In this document: piece after piece, positions 1-7,954 of the stretch | Layout: the number at the start of each line of letters is the position of its first letter | Position numbering within the stretch: position 1 is the first letter of the stretch | NCBI RefSeq assembly: GCF_964283195.1 | Contig: NZ_CAXYLH010000016.1 | Reading direction: 5' to 3' (one strand) | Length of the DNA stretch: 24,000 nucleotides | Source of the DNA: Olsenella uli DSM 7084 | GTDB lineage: Bacteria; Actinomycetota; Coriobacteriia; Coriobacteriales; Atopobiaceae | The notes under the pieces: model-generated | What the model was told of the DNA's origin: nothing | The model's input: the letters and a program-made list of their open reading frames with translations, nothing else | Database searches by the model: none | Made by a program: the position numbers and the translations under genes

Positions 1-287
1 TGGCGATTGCAAATGTTACCTGGGGGGCGGGCCTCTGGCCCGCCACTGCTATTTACACCACTTTATGGACGTAGCTGTGGTTTTCCCTTTGACGCACGCT
101 TGACGTCGCTTATTTCGCAAAATCGCGCAATTTTGGGCGGGAACTTGCGCCCATGAGGTCATTTTCTATCTCACGACGTTCGATTCAGAATTTCAGCACA
201 TTATTGTGCTTTCGAACGGACGTGAGCAAAAGCGATCATTATTGACCTGCGATTTTGCTCGTCAAATGCTCGTTATTCGGGTTGCGA

Positions 288-355
288 GGCAAAAAAGAAA
301 TCCAGTGGCTTGCAGGTTTACCAGGTGAAAAACCTGTCTAACTGAAGCCACTGGA
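288..355 (-). terminator. Rho-independent terminator; probably the original guaA terminator, now ~20 kb from guaA
   Basis: Outer stem TCCAGTGGCTT (301-311) / AAGCCACTGGA (345-355) and inner helix CAGGTTT (313-319) / AAACCTG (330-336). On the minus strand the hairpin is followed by TTTCTTTTTTG (300-288). It lies 45 nt downstream (minus sense) of the guaA-end mimic at 401-415. Confidence 0.7.
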
Positions 356-400
356 CGAAAAATCAGGCTACTAAATGAACCTTACAATAATGTGCGGATG

Positions 401-415
401 TTATTCCCACTCGAA
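401..415 (-). repeat. guaA 3'-end mimic / att-core copy A (attL-like junction)
   Basis: The minus strand reads TTC GAG TGG GAA TAA (F-E-W-E-stop). It shares TCCCACTCG with the true guaA end (20761-20773) and with copy C (16008-16020). Confidence 0.6.
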
Positions 416-768
416 TAAGCGCGTTTGCTACCACGCCATTCCAGTCCATTCCAGTTGTGTCATCGTTTCTAGTTGCCCTGCCGCCGAATCCCGCCACGTG
501 CCGCCGCGTGGGCGTTTGGGACAAAACGTGGGACAAAACCGAAAACTATTTCGAAACCACGAGCCCGCAGTTTCATTTTTGTCCCGGGGACAAAAACGGG
601 TCGGTTTTGAGGCTTGGAGAAGCCCGAAACGGATGCCAAAACGACTGATTTTCCTCTTTGGCACCTGTTTGGTGATGTGAATCGTAGCCAGCGGCTTTAT
701 TGCTTTGCATTTCCGCAGGTCAAGATGGGTAGGCAACATTTATGACTGGAAGAATCGTCGCAGGCGGC
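416..768. repeat. Conserved noncoding island arm, copy A
   Basis: Aligns block by block with 11147-11490. Shared blocks include the tandem CCATTCCAGT pair (about 445-468), GCCGCCGAATCCC, GGGACAAAA at 518-526 and 530-538 (12-bp phase), and the perfect palindrome TTTTTGTCCCGGGGACAAAAA (576-596). Further shared blocks are GATGCCAAAA, CCTCTTTGGCACCTG..GAATCGTAGCCAGCGGCTTT, GCATTTCCGCAGGTCA and GAAGAATCGTCGCAGGC.GCTT. Indels between the copies break every reading frame. Confidence 0.8.
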
Positions 769-1125
769 TTATTCACCCAAGAGTTCAACGGTTCCACTTT
801 CAAATGCATGGGGGAATGCGAATAACCTCGATGCGCTCCCGAACTCGGCGCTAACATAAACGTTGACTACGTCGAGTGAAGACTGGCTAACATGAGTCAC
901 AACACCATCCCCAAGGCTGATATGTCTAAGATGGCTTCCAACTGAAGGCGGGGTTTTGCCAATAGGGACAACATGAAGAGCTGAAGTCCCCCTGGAGTCC
1001 TGCTCGGTGATTCCGCCAGCGCTCTTCTCAAGCCAATCCAGAAGAGCAATCGGATCGTCCATCACGTCAGATGGTGGGGTCGGCATGAAGGGCAGGTTCT
1101 CTTTTTTAGTGTTCGTCTCATGCAA
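769..1125 (-). CDS. Hypothetical protein (118 aa; TTG start uncertain)
   Basis: The ORF abuts the end of arm A exactly. There is no convincing RBS and no family I can recognise. It may be a gene fragment. Confidence 0.3.
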   Translation of the reverse strand: MHETNTKKENLPFMPTPPSDVMDDPIALLDWLEKSAGGITEQDSRGTSALHVVPIGKTPPSVGSHLRHISLGDGVVTHVSQSSLDVVNVYVSAEFGSASRLFAFPHAFESGTVELLGE

Positions 1126-1204
1126 AGCGCCAAAGTCATCCCCGACAATTTACGTAGATGCGACGCGATTTATCCGCCAGGTCCTCAACGCTATGGTTCA
1201 CCGC

Positions 1205-2458
1205 TTACTTGTCGAGGCTGTTGGGGTCCAGGAGGAAATCGAAAAGTCCCATAGTGACGATGCCCGATTCATCTCGGGTGGTGTTGACCACGTCCTTCAC
1301 GATAATGATCTTCTTGAAGCTGTCACCTATGCGCAGGAGCGATGCCGACTCCTGTTCGCGTTTTGCAGCATCCGGGAGAGCGTAGGCGGATTGGATGTAG
1401 TAGCGCTTGCTCCCCAGATTGGCGACAAAATCGACTTCCAAGGTGCTTGTCACGCGTTTTCCATCAGCGTCGGTGAATCTCTTTGTAACCACACCCACAT
1501 CAACGGACAGTCCCCGTGCGCGCAGCTCATTGTAGATTACGTTCTCCATCAGGTGGGTCTCCTCAACCTGTCTGAAGTTCAGCCTTGCATTCCTCAAGCC
1601 AACATCCTCGAAGTAGTACTTCATGGGGGCGCCTATGTATTTCCTACCCTTGATGTCGTATCGCTTAGCCTCGCTTACGAGGAAGGCGTCTTCTAGGCAA
1701 TTGATGTAGGAATGCACGGTGTTTACGCTGATATCCGAATGAAGAACACTCCTGAACGTCGCCTGGATCTTGGGCGCGTTCGTAAGCGATCCGGTTGCCG
1801 AGGCCAGGATGTCGATGAGGTCTTCCAGCTCCTGGGTCTTCCTCAGCCCGTTTCGCTCGACGATGTCCTTGACGTAGGTTTCCTCGAAAAGGTTCGAGAG
1901 GTAGGATGCCTTCCGCTCTTCCGATGCCATAGTGGCTACAAGGGGCAGTCCTCCGTATTCGACGTAATCTGCCCATGCATGAAGGGCATCGTCTTGTCGC
2001 GTTTGCATGAACTCGGCGAACGTTAGCGGGAATATATGCACCTCGTCCCCTCGTCCGCGGAACTCGGTGATGATGTCCTTCGAGAGGAACCTCGAGTTGG
2101 AGCCGGTGACGTACACGTCTACGGCGGGGTTCGCCAGGAGTTCGTTGAGGACCTCGACGAATTCAGGGAGTAGCTGGACCTCATCCAAGAGGACGTAGTG
2201 CATGTCCGAGTCGACAATCCGCTCATTGACGTAATCGAGCATGGCGTCGGGGTCTCTGAGCTTTCTTGCGCTGCGCAGGTCGAGCTGGGCAGCGATGACG
2301 TGGCTGTCTGGGACTCCGGCTTCTCGAAGATGCTCGCGGAACAGGTTGAAGAGAAGGTAGGACTTGCCGCACCTTCTGATGCCGGTGATGACTTTGACGA
2401 GCCCGTTATGCTTGCTCTCGATGAGACTGTTCAGGTACTTGTCGCGCTTGATCTTCAT
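1205..2458 (-). CDS. AAA+ ATPase with DUF4143-type C-terminal region (COG1373-like)
   Basis: 417 aa. Walker A is GIRRCGKSYLL and the Walker B-like motif is YVLLDEVQ. The C-terminal ...YYIQSAYAL...IGDSFKKIIIV... is typical of this family. ATG start with the GGAGAC RBS region. Confidence 0.85.
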   Translation of the reverse strand: MKIKRDKYLNSLIESKHNGLVKVITGIRRCGKSYLLFNLFREHLREAGVPDSHVIAAQLDLRSARKLRDPDAMLDYVNERIVDSDMHYVLLDEVQLLPEFVEVLNELLANPAVDVYVTGSNSRFLSKDIITEFRGRGDEVHIFPLTFAEFMQTRQDDALHAWADYVEYGGLPLVATMASEERKASYLSNLFEETYVKDIVERNGLRKTQELEDLIDILASATGSLTNAPKIQATFRSVLHSDISVNTVHSYINCLEDAFLVSEAKRYDIKGRKYIGAPMKYYFEDVGLRNARLNFRQVEETHLMENVIYNELRARGLSVDVGVVTKRFTDADGKRVTSTLEVDFVANLGSKRYYIQSAYALPDAAKREQESASLLRIGDSFKKIIIVKDVVNTTRDESGIVTMGLFDFLLDPNSLDK

Positions 2459-2515
2459 CGTGTCTCCAGCATCCTATTTACTAAAACATGGCTAGTGCCA
2501 CAAATTATTCAATAG

Positions 2516-3082
2516 GATTATAACAGGCTAGGGCATGGGTGGAGGAAAATCGTCACCGGATACCTGGCGGCCCTTGCCGAAAACGGCTCCCTCTTCGCCG
2601 CCAGCGCGAGGGAGAAGTTGCAGCTTCTGCTTGCCCGCCTGGAGCCCCTCCACGAGCGCTACGACGTAGTCGTCGTCGGCACGCCGTACATGGGGAGCAG
2701 CAACATGAACAAGTGGTTGGTGCCTTGGGTCAAGAAGCACTACAAGAACTCTTGCAGGGATCTGTGCGCTTGCTTCATCAAGAGGGGATTGAACCTAGCT
2801 CGCGACAACGGATATGCGTCTCTGATTACGTCAGACACATGCATGTGCATTTCCTCATTCGAGAAGCTGAGGAAATCAGTGCTCTCGCGATCAACGATCA
2901 TCACCTTCATAGACACTCGCGGAACCAATGCCCATCCCGATGTCTTTGACGCTAATGCCGGATGGGTCTTGCACAACGGCGTTGTCAACGACTACGCAGG
3001 CGCCTACTTCAAGCTGAGCCATCCTATTGTCGAAAAAGAAGCCAGGCTCTTGGAGGGCCCGGCTCACACGCTAGGAGGAGAA
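2516..3082 (+). pseudogene. Internal fragment of a PglX/type IIG-like N6-adenine DNA methyltransferase (BREX-type), truncated at both ends
   Basis: The frame is open from 2516 with no plausible start. The translation ...YDVVVVGTPYMGSSNMNKWLVPWVKKHYKNSCRDLCACFIKRGL...ITSDTCMCISSFEKLRKSVL...ITFID matches the PglX pattern (..VV.NPPYMG..gmn......y.....DLy.cFie..). The catalytic NPPY is changed to GTPY. The 5' part is replaced by the ATPase gene and its promoter. Confidence 0.6.
2517..2525 (-). promoter_or_regulatory. Extended -10 promoter (TGTTATAAT) for the ATPase gene
   Basis: The minus strand reads cTGtTATAATcc about 55 nt upstream of the ATG at 2458. No good -35 is present. Confidence 0.4.
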
Positions 3083-3514
3083 ATGCGGCACAAGTGCAAG
3101 ATCACCGTCTTGAAGACGAAGGTCTTCCCGGACCTGCAGGAGAGGTACCTGGCCAACCCGCAGAGTGGCCCGTGCCCCCGCTTCAAGGCGGGGCAGGTCT
3201 TCGAGTTCGAGCGCACGCCGGTAAACGACAGCTTCTACCACCTGGGCAGGGGCACCCTCGTCGGCGGCGGGGACTTCCCGTGCGGCGGGGCGTGGGACGC
3301 GGTGAGCCGCTACGTCTACACCGCGCTGCAGGGCGGCTCCATCATGAAAAGCTGGACGAACGACGACCGAATGATGATCGCCTGCTGCAACGACGGCACG
3401 AGGCCGGGCGTCTTCAGGATCGAGCGCATCGACGTCCCCGAGACGGACGAGGAGCGGGATTGGCTCTCCAGGCAGGACTTCGCAAACGGCAAGGACGACG
3501 CCTACACGGGCTAG
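3083..3514 (+). CDS. TIGR04076-family protein with a C-terminal extension
   Basis: ATG at 3083 is preceded by tAGGAGGag. MRHKCKITVLK...GPCPRFKAGQVF...AWDAVSRYVYTALQGGSIM...MIACCNDGTRPGVFRIERID matches the remembered TIGR04076 pattern (KITVLK..CP..eGq.F....AW.ai..YV.al..G....CCNDG.RPV.Fk.ER). The ORF track joins it in frame to the upstream methyltransferase relic. Confidence 0.75.
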   Translation: MRHKCKITVLKTKVFPDLQERYLANPQSGPCPRFKAGQVFEFERTPVNDSFYHLGRGTLVGGGDFPCGGAWDAVSRYVYTALQGGSIMKSWTNDDRMMIACCNDGTRPGVFRIERIDVPETDEERDWLSRQDFANGKDDAYTG

Positions 3515-4057
3515 CCCTCAAGATCTGGAGCCGCGTGCCAGGGGCGCCGGGGCGACCCCCCTCGCCAGCCTCGAGATTGCTCCGCTGACAAAAAACCGCG
3601 CATGAATCCGCCAGCCTCCCAAGGCGCTCGGCAGTGAACGGTCGATACGTGCCGTTCAGCACCGCGCTATCATGTCCGCATACAATCAGGCCCTGCCTCA
3701 GGGCGCGCGGACGGAGGACGATGAAGACCGGGCTGGAATCGCGCAAAGACACCACCTGCCCCATGGAGCCAACCATAAGTCCCGCAAAGCCAGACGACAT
3801 CGACGACATCATGGGAATATGACTCGAGGGCAACCTCGATGCGCACCCCTTCGTTCCCAAAGCATATTGGATCGATCGCCATGACGCCGTCAGGGAGGCC
3901 ATATCCCAAGCCGAGGAAACCGCAAGGAGCAGGGGCAATCCCCTGCTCCCTGCGGAATCGTTCACGTTCAATCGCTGGCCACATGCGTCTTGCGTCGCGT
4001 AAAAAGAGGGCGCCACAGCCGTATGGCCGTGGCGCCCTCTAGGGTGTCTGCGCTGCG

Positions 4058-7000
4058 CTATGCGTGGCGCCTGGCGAGCATCAACGCGGCAACAACGATG
4101 ATGCCTCCGGCGATTCCCAAACTCGCGACGGTGGTGAGCGTGTGATCGCCCGTGGCGGGGAGCTTGGATGCGGCGCCTGCCGTGGTGGTGACGGTCGCAG
4201 TGGCACTATTGCCGTCGCCGGGACCCGCAGGATTTGGCGTTGGGTCCGGCTCTACGGCGTCAGCGACGTTGAACGTCCACCACCCAAAAACGCTTTCGTA
4301 GTTGCGCGCGTCGCTGGGCGTGTACTGCGCCAAGAAGCGATAGCCACCCGTTGCCGTGAGCGCGGTTTCGGGGGCAACCCAGGTCCAGGTGCCCTTATCG
4401 TCTGCCGGGAGCTGCTGGTCACCGAGCTTGAGGCCGTTGGTGAGCGTCAGGTCGGGAAGCGTTGTCACCTGGGGCGTGGGGACGGCGCGGTAGATGTCGT
4501 AGAGGGCGACGACGCTGCCGGCGGCGTACTCGTCAGTCTCGGCAACCTCGAAGAGCACGGCGTAGTGACCAGCGTTGACGGGGGCAGCGTCCAGCTTGGT
4601 GAAGCCGTCGTCCTCGACCTCGAAATAGGTGAGGGTGCCGCTTGCGGTCAAGGCGGTGTTCGTGGCGCTGTCGCGAACCTCGGTCGTGACGTTCGCCGGC
4701 ATGCCGTCGTAAACCTTGGACGTTGCGTCGACGGTCAGCGCGAGCTCGGGCTTTCCGGGCGTGGGGTCAGGGCTGGGATCGGTGCCGTCGACAACGTTGA
4801 AGCTGAGCATGCGTGCCGTGCGGAGGTAGTTCCGCGTGTCGGTGGGCGTGTAGATGGCGAGTCCGCTCTCAGTGCCGGCACCCGTGATGGCGCGCGAGCC
4901 ATCGGCCCAGCTCCAGGATCCCTTGGGGTCGTCGGGAATGGCCTCGTCCGCGAAGGTCAGGCCGTCGCGCAACTCGAGGTTGCCGAGCTGGGGCGTATCG
5001 GGGTTGGGCGTCGCCCGGTAGATGCTGAACGATGCCGTGACGGGCTCGGCGGTGTAGTTGGCCGGGGTGTCGGCTGAAAGCTCGGCCAGGTAGGTGCCTG
5101 CGTTGGTAGGAGCCTCCTCGAGCTTGGTGAGCACGCCGTCGACGACCTCGTAGTAGGTGAGCGTGCCGAGGTCATTGAGCTCGTTACCCGTTATGGGGTC
5201 AACGACCGACCAGGCGGCAGCGACGGGCGCGCCGTCATAGGTCTTGGACGCCACGTCGAGCGTGAGCGCAAGCGGCGTCACCTCTACCGTAAGCGTGCCG
5301 GGGATCACGGTGATGCCACTCTGGTAATTGACCTCGCCGGCATCCGTCAGCTGTGCGTTTGCGACGGTGATAGCGTCTGCGTATGTGCCTACGGCGAGGT
5401 CGGCGTAGGACGTCACGGCGTTTCCCGTGTCCTGGGAAAGCTTCTGGAAGTCGAGCGCGGCTGCAATCGGCTGGATAACGCTGTCGGCAGCCTCGCCCTC
5501 GACGAGTCCCTCGACCGTAAAGACGTATCCGGGCTCGGTCCCGTGCCAGGTGCCCGTGGCATCGGCTACGCGCAGCGTGGGTGCCGCATGCTTGGCGATG
5601 GTGAACGTGCACGAGGCCTCGTCGGCGAGGTAGTTGTGCGTATCGGTCACGCGGAGCACGGCCTCATAGCTACCTGCGTTCTTGGGCGCAGCAGTGCGAA
5701 GATCCTCGGTGCGCTCGTCGCCATCGCGCAGGTAGTAGTTGACCTCGTATCTGGCGTTAACCTTCTTGCCGGTGGCATTGGTGATATCCACCGCGGCCTC
5801 AACGGGTTTGCCGTCGTAGGTCTTATCCGCAACCGCGATGGTGCCCGTGACCCTAGCCTGCTCGATGGTCAGCGTGCCCGGCACCACCTTGATGTCGGAG
5901 CTGTAGTTGTTGGCACCCTTCTCGCTCAGCTGCGGGTTTGCAACGGTGATGGCATCTTCGTACTTCCCTGCGTCGAGGGCGCTGTAGTCGAGCCCGGAAC
6001 CGAGCGCGGCGGCCGTGCCCTGCACGAAAACGTCCTCGGCTTTGTCGTTGCCGACAAGACCGCTCACCTCAAACGAGTAGGCGGGCTCGGTCTCGCCATA
6101 GACAACACTCGCGTCTGCGACGGTGATGGTGGGCGCCGCAGCCTTGGTGATAGCGAAGTCGCAGCGGGCCTCGCACGCTTTGTAGTTGGTACGGGCAGGT
6201 ACGTTTATGACAACCACATAGCTGCCGGCATCGACGGGCGCCTCACCGAGCGGTTCGAGCTCGCCGTTGTTGTTGCGGTAATAGCTCAGGCTGTAGGTGC
6301 TGTCGAGCTTCTCGCCGGTGTTCGGGTTAGTGATCGAGCAGGTGACCTCGACGGGCGTCCCGTCATAGGTCTTGCCTGTGGCGGCTACGGCGGCCGCAGG
6401 CGTCGCCGGAGAGACGGTGAGCGTGCCCGCATTGACGAAGACGCTGTTCTTATAGTTGGCGCCTGCGCCCTTGTTGAGCTTCGGGTTCTTGACGGTGATG
6501 GCAGACGGATAGACGCCGACATCAAGATCCTGGTAGCCCTTATTGCCCGTGATGCTCTGGTCGAGCTCGGCCTTGGTGTCCCCGGCGAGGACGTCCTTGC
6601 CCTCGTCGGCGTCGGCCAGGCCGGAGACGGTATAGGTGTAGTCGGGCTCGCTGCCGCTCCAGGTGCCTTCGGCGTCACTTACGGTGATGGTGGGGGGCGG
6701 GGCCTGGTCGATCACGAAGCGCGTAGAGGCCTCGCCACCCAGGTATTTATCGGTGCTCTCGACCGTCCATACCACCTCGTAGCCACCGGCAGGGCTGGGG
6801 TTACCCCACCAAGGGTCGTCCCTATCGTCGTTTTTCTTGATCGCGTAGTACTTGAGCCTGCCTGTGACCTCGACAGGCTCGCCGGTCCCGGCATCGACGG
6901 CAGTTGTCGTGACAAGGGAGTCGCTATAGGGGTTGCCGTCGTAGGTCGTGTCCTCAGCCGTAATGCTCAGCTTGAGCCGCTTGCGTTCGGCGGGCTCATT

Positions 7001-7723
7001 CTTATAGACCTCAAATCTGAGGTAGCGGTACACAGTGGCATAGTTGACCGTGTCCTTGGGCGTGAACATGGCGAGTGCGACGACAACATCGGGGCCGTCT
7101 TTGGAGTCGTCACTGGAGTTGTCACTGGAGCCGTCATCGGGGTCGTGGATCTTCTGGTTTGCGACACGCCTTGTCCATGACCAAGTTCCATCCTCGGGGT
7201 TTGTCGCCTCGGTTTGTTCCGGGAAGGGCTCCTCGGAAGCCCTGAGGCCCTCGCGGAACTTGATGGGCTCAAGCGCGGGCGACTCGGGGTTGGGGATGGC
7301 GCGGTAGATGCGCACGTCCTGCGAGACGCTTCCGCCCAGGTAGTTGTCGGTATCGGGCACGGTGTAGGTCACACGGTACGTGCCGGCGTTCACAGGCGCT
7401 TTCTCGAGCGTCTTCTCGCCGGCATTGGTGACCTCAACGTAGGACAGGCTGCCCTTGACATCCACGGTATCGCCCGTCGCGGGGTCGATCGCTTTGCATA
7501 CGGGCTTAAGCTCTTCGCCGTCGTAGATCTTGTTGCTGACGTTGAGAGAGAGCGTGAGCTGCGTCTGGGCACTAAGGCCACGGCATGCCGCTTCGTCCGC
7601 ACGGGCGTTTGTTGGCGGCGTGGCCACAAAGAGTGCTGCCGAGAGCGCCGCGATGGAGCAGAGCATAAGGGACAGTTTTGCCCATGATCTTCGAGGCCTC
7701 GGGGTGGTAAGCAGGCGTTTCAC
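4058..7723 (-). CDS. Cell-wall-anchored (LPXTG) giant adhesin built of MBG-type repeats
   Basis: 1221 aa. GTG start with an AAAGGAG RBS 7 nt upstream. The signal peptide is ...LSLMLCSIAALSAALFVATPPTNARA. Many modules have the ..K.YDG.P......G.L.Y......AP.NAG.Y motif. Three modules begin AAPT(I/L).V.DA.G.W.G.EP.Y.F.V.GL. The C-terminus is LPATG followed by a hydrophobic helix and RRHA. Confidence 0.92.
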   Translation of the reverse strand: MKRLLTTPRPRRSWAKLSLMLCSIAALSAALFVATPPTNARADEAACRGLSAQTQLTLSLNVSNKIYDGEELKPVCKAIDPATGDTVDVKGSLSYVEVTNAGEKTLEKAPVNAGTYRVTYTVPDTDNYLGGSVSQDVRIYRAIPNPESPALEPIKFREGLRASEEPFPEQTEATNPEDGTWSWTRRVANQKIHDPDDGSSDNSSDDSKDGPDVVVALAMFTPKDTVNYATVYRYLRFEVYKNEPAERKRLKLSITAEDTTYDGNPYSDSLVTTTAVDAGTGEPVEVTGRLKYYAIKKNDDRDDPWWGNPSPAGGYEVVWTVESTDKYLGGEASTRFVIDQAPPPTITVSDAEGTWSGSEPDYTYTVSGLADADEGKDVLAGDTKAELDQSITGNKGYQDLDVGVYPSAITVKNPKLNKGAGANYKNSVFVNAGTLTVSPATPAAAVAATGKTYDGTPVEVTCSITNPNTGEKLDSTYSLSYYRNNNGELEPLGEAPVDAGSYVVVINVPARTNYKACEARCDFAITKAAAPTITVADASVVYGETEPAYSFEVSGLVGNDKAEDVFVQGTAAALGSGLDYSALDAGKYEDAITVANPQLSEKGANNYSSDIKVVPGTLTIEQARVTGTIAVADKTYDGKPVEAAVDITNATGKKVNARYEVNYYLRDGDERTEDLRTAAPKNAGSYEAVLRVTDTHNYLADEASCTFTIAKHAAPTLRVADATGTWHGTEPGYVFTVEGLVEGEAADSVIQPIAAALDFQKLSQDTGNAVTSYADLAVGTYADAITVANAQLTDAGEVNYQSGITVIPGTLTVEVTPLALTLDVASKTYDGAPVAAAWSVVDPITGNELNDLGTLTYYEVVDGVLTKLEEAPTNAGTYLAELSADTPANYTAEPVTASFSIYRATPNPDTPQLGNLELRDGLTFADEAIPDDPKGSWSWADGSRAITGAGTESGLAIYTPTDTRNYLRTARMLSFNVVDGTDPSPDPTPGKPELALTVDATSKVYDGMPANVTTEVRDSATNTALTASGTLTYFEVEDDGFTKLDAAPVNAGHYAVLFEVAETDEYAAGSVVALYDIYRAVPTPQVTTLPDLTLTNGLKLGDQQLPADDKGTWTWVAPETALTATGGYRFLAQYTPSDARNYESVFGWWTFNVADAVEPDPTPNPAGPGDGNSATATVTTTAGAASKLPATGDHTLTTVASLGIAGGIIVVAALMLARRHA

Positions 7724-7860
7724 GGAGCAGCTCCTTTATCACAAATTGCCCTGGCGTCATTTGAGCGGTCCGCCGGGACAGCGCCTGATGATACTGGCGC
7801 TTTTTTGCACGTCATCCATCATCAAGTACATTACCATATATTGGTTAATTATCGTTGTTT

Positions 7861-7909
7861 TTGCGTCCGTGAGAAGATAGGTTCGTCCCGTCTTATGTCG
7901 TTTCGTCCC
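7861..7909 (-). promoter_or_regulatory. Three direct repeats with 20-bp phasing upstream of the adhesin gene (candidate LytTR operator)
   Basis: The plus strand reads TTGCGTCCG (7861-7869), GTTCGTCCC (7881-7889) and TTTCGTCCC (7901-7909). In minus sense, the proximal repeat is followed after ~20 nt by TATATGgTAATGT, which is -10-like. Confidence 0.45.
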
Positions 7910-7954
7910 AAATAGTAAGAAGAATGAATTCTCTCTATCAGCGTGGGCCAATGG

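Noticed and set aside
659-672. A sigma54-like TGGCAC-N5-TTGG element in arms A and B (also at 11380-11394)
   Set aside because: The -12 element is TTGG, not TTGC, and the spacing is off by one. Actinobacteria-type genomes generally lack rpoN. This is more likely a chance match inside a conserved block.
375-739. ORFs of ~100 aa on both strands across arm A, and their counterparts across arm B (11018-11466)
   Set aside because: The two arm copies are conserved at the nucleotide level, but single-base indels (for example CCCGCAG versus CCGCAG before the palindrome) shift every frame. Peptide similarity is only local, and there are no RBSs. The arm is treated as noncoding.
3590-4016. Possible gene on the minus strand between TIGR04076 and the adhesin (ORFs 3670-3984 and 3414-4016 in two frames)
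   Set aside because: The two frames might be halves of a frameshifted gene (MWPAIERERF...GVRIEVALE / ...SGFAGLMVGSMGQVVSL...LIVCGHDSAV...). I cannot recognise any family, there is no RBS, and codon bias is weak. I left it unannotated; a BLASTX would settle it.
4064-7180. Long plus-strand ORFs (337 aa and 545 aa, and many smaller ones) opposite the adhesin gene
   Set aside because: They are antisense shadow ORFs typical of high-GC DNA. Their translations are Gly/Arg/Val-rich and of low complexity. The minus-strand frame has a signal peptide, repeats and LPXTG.
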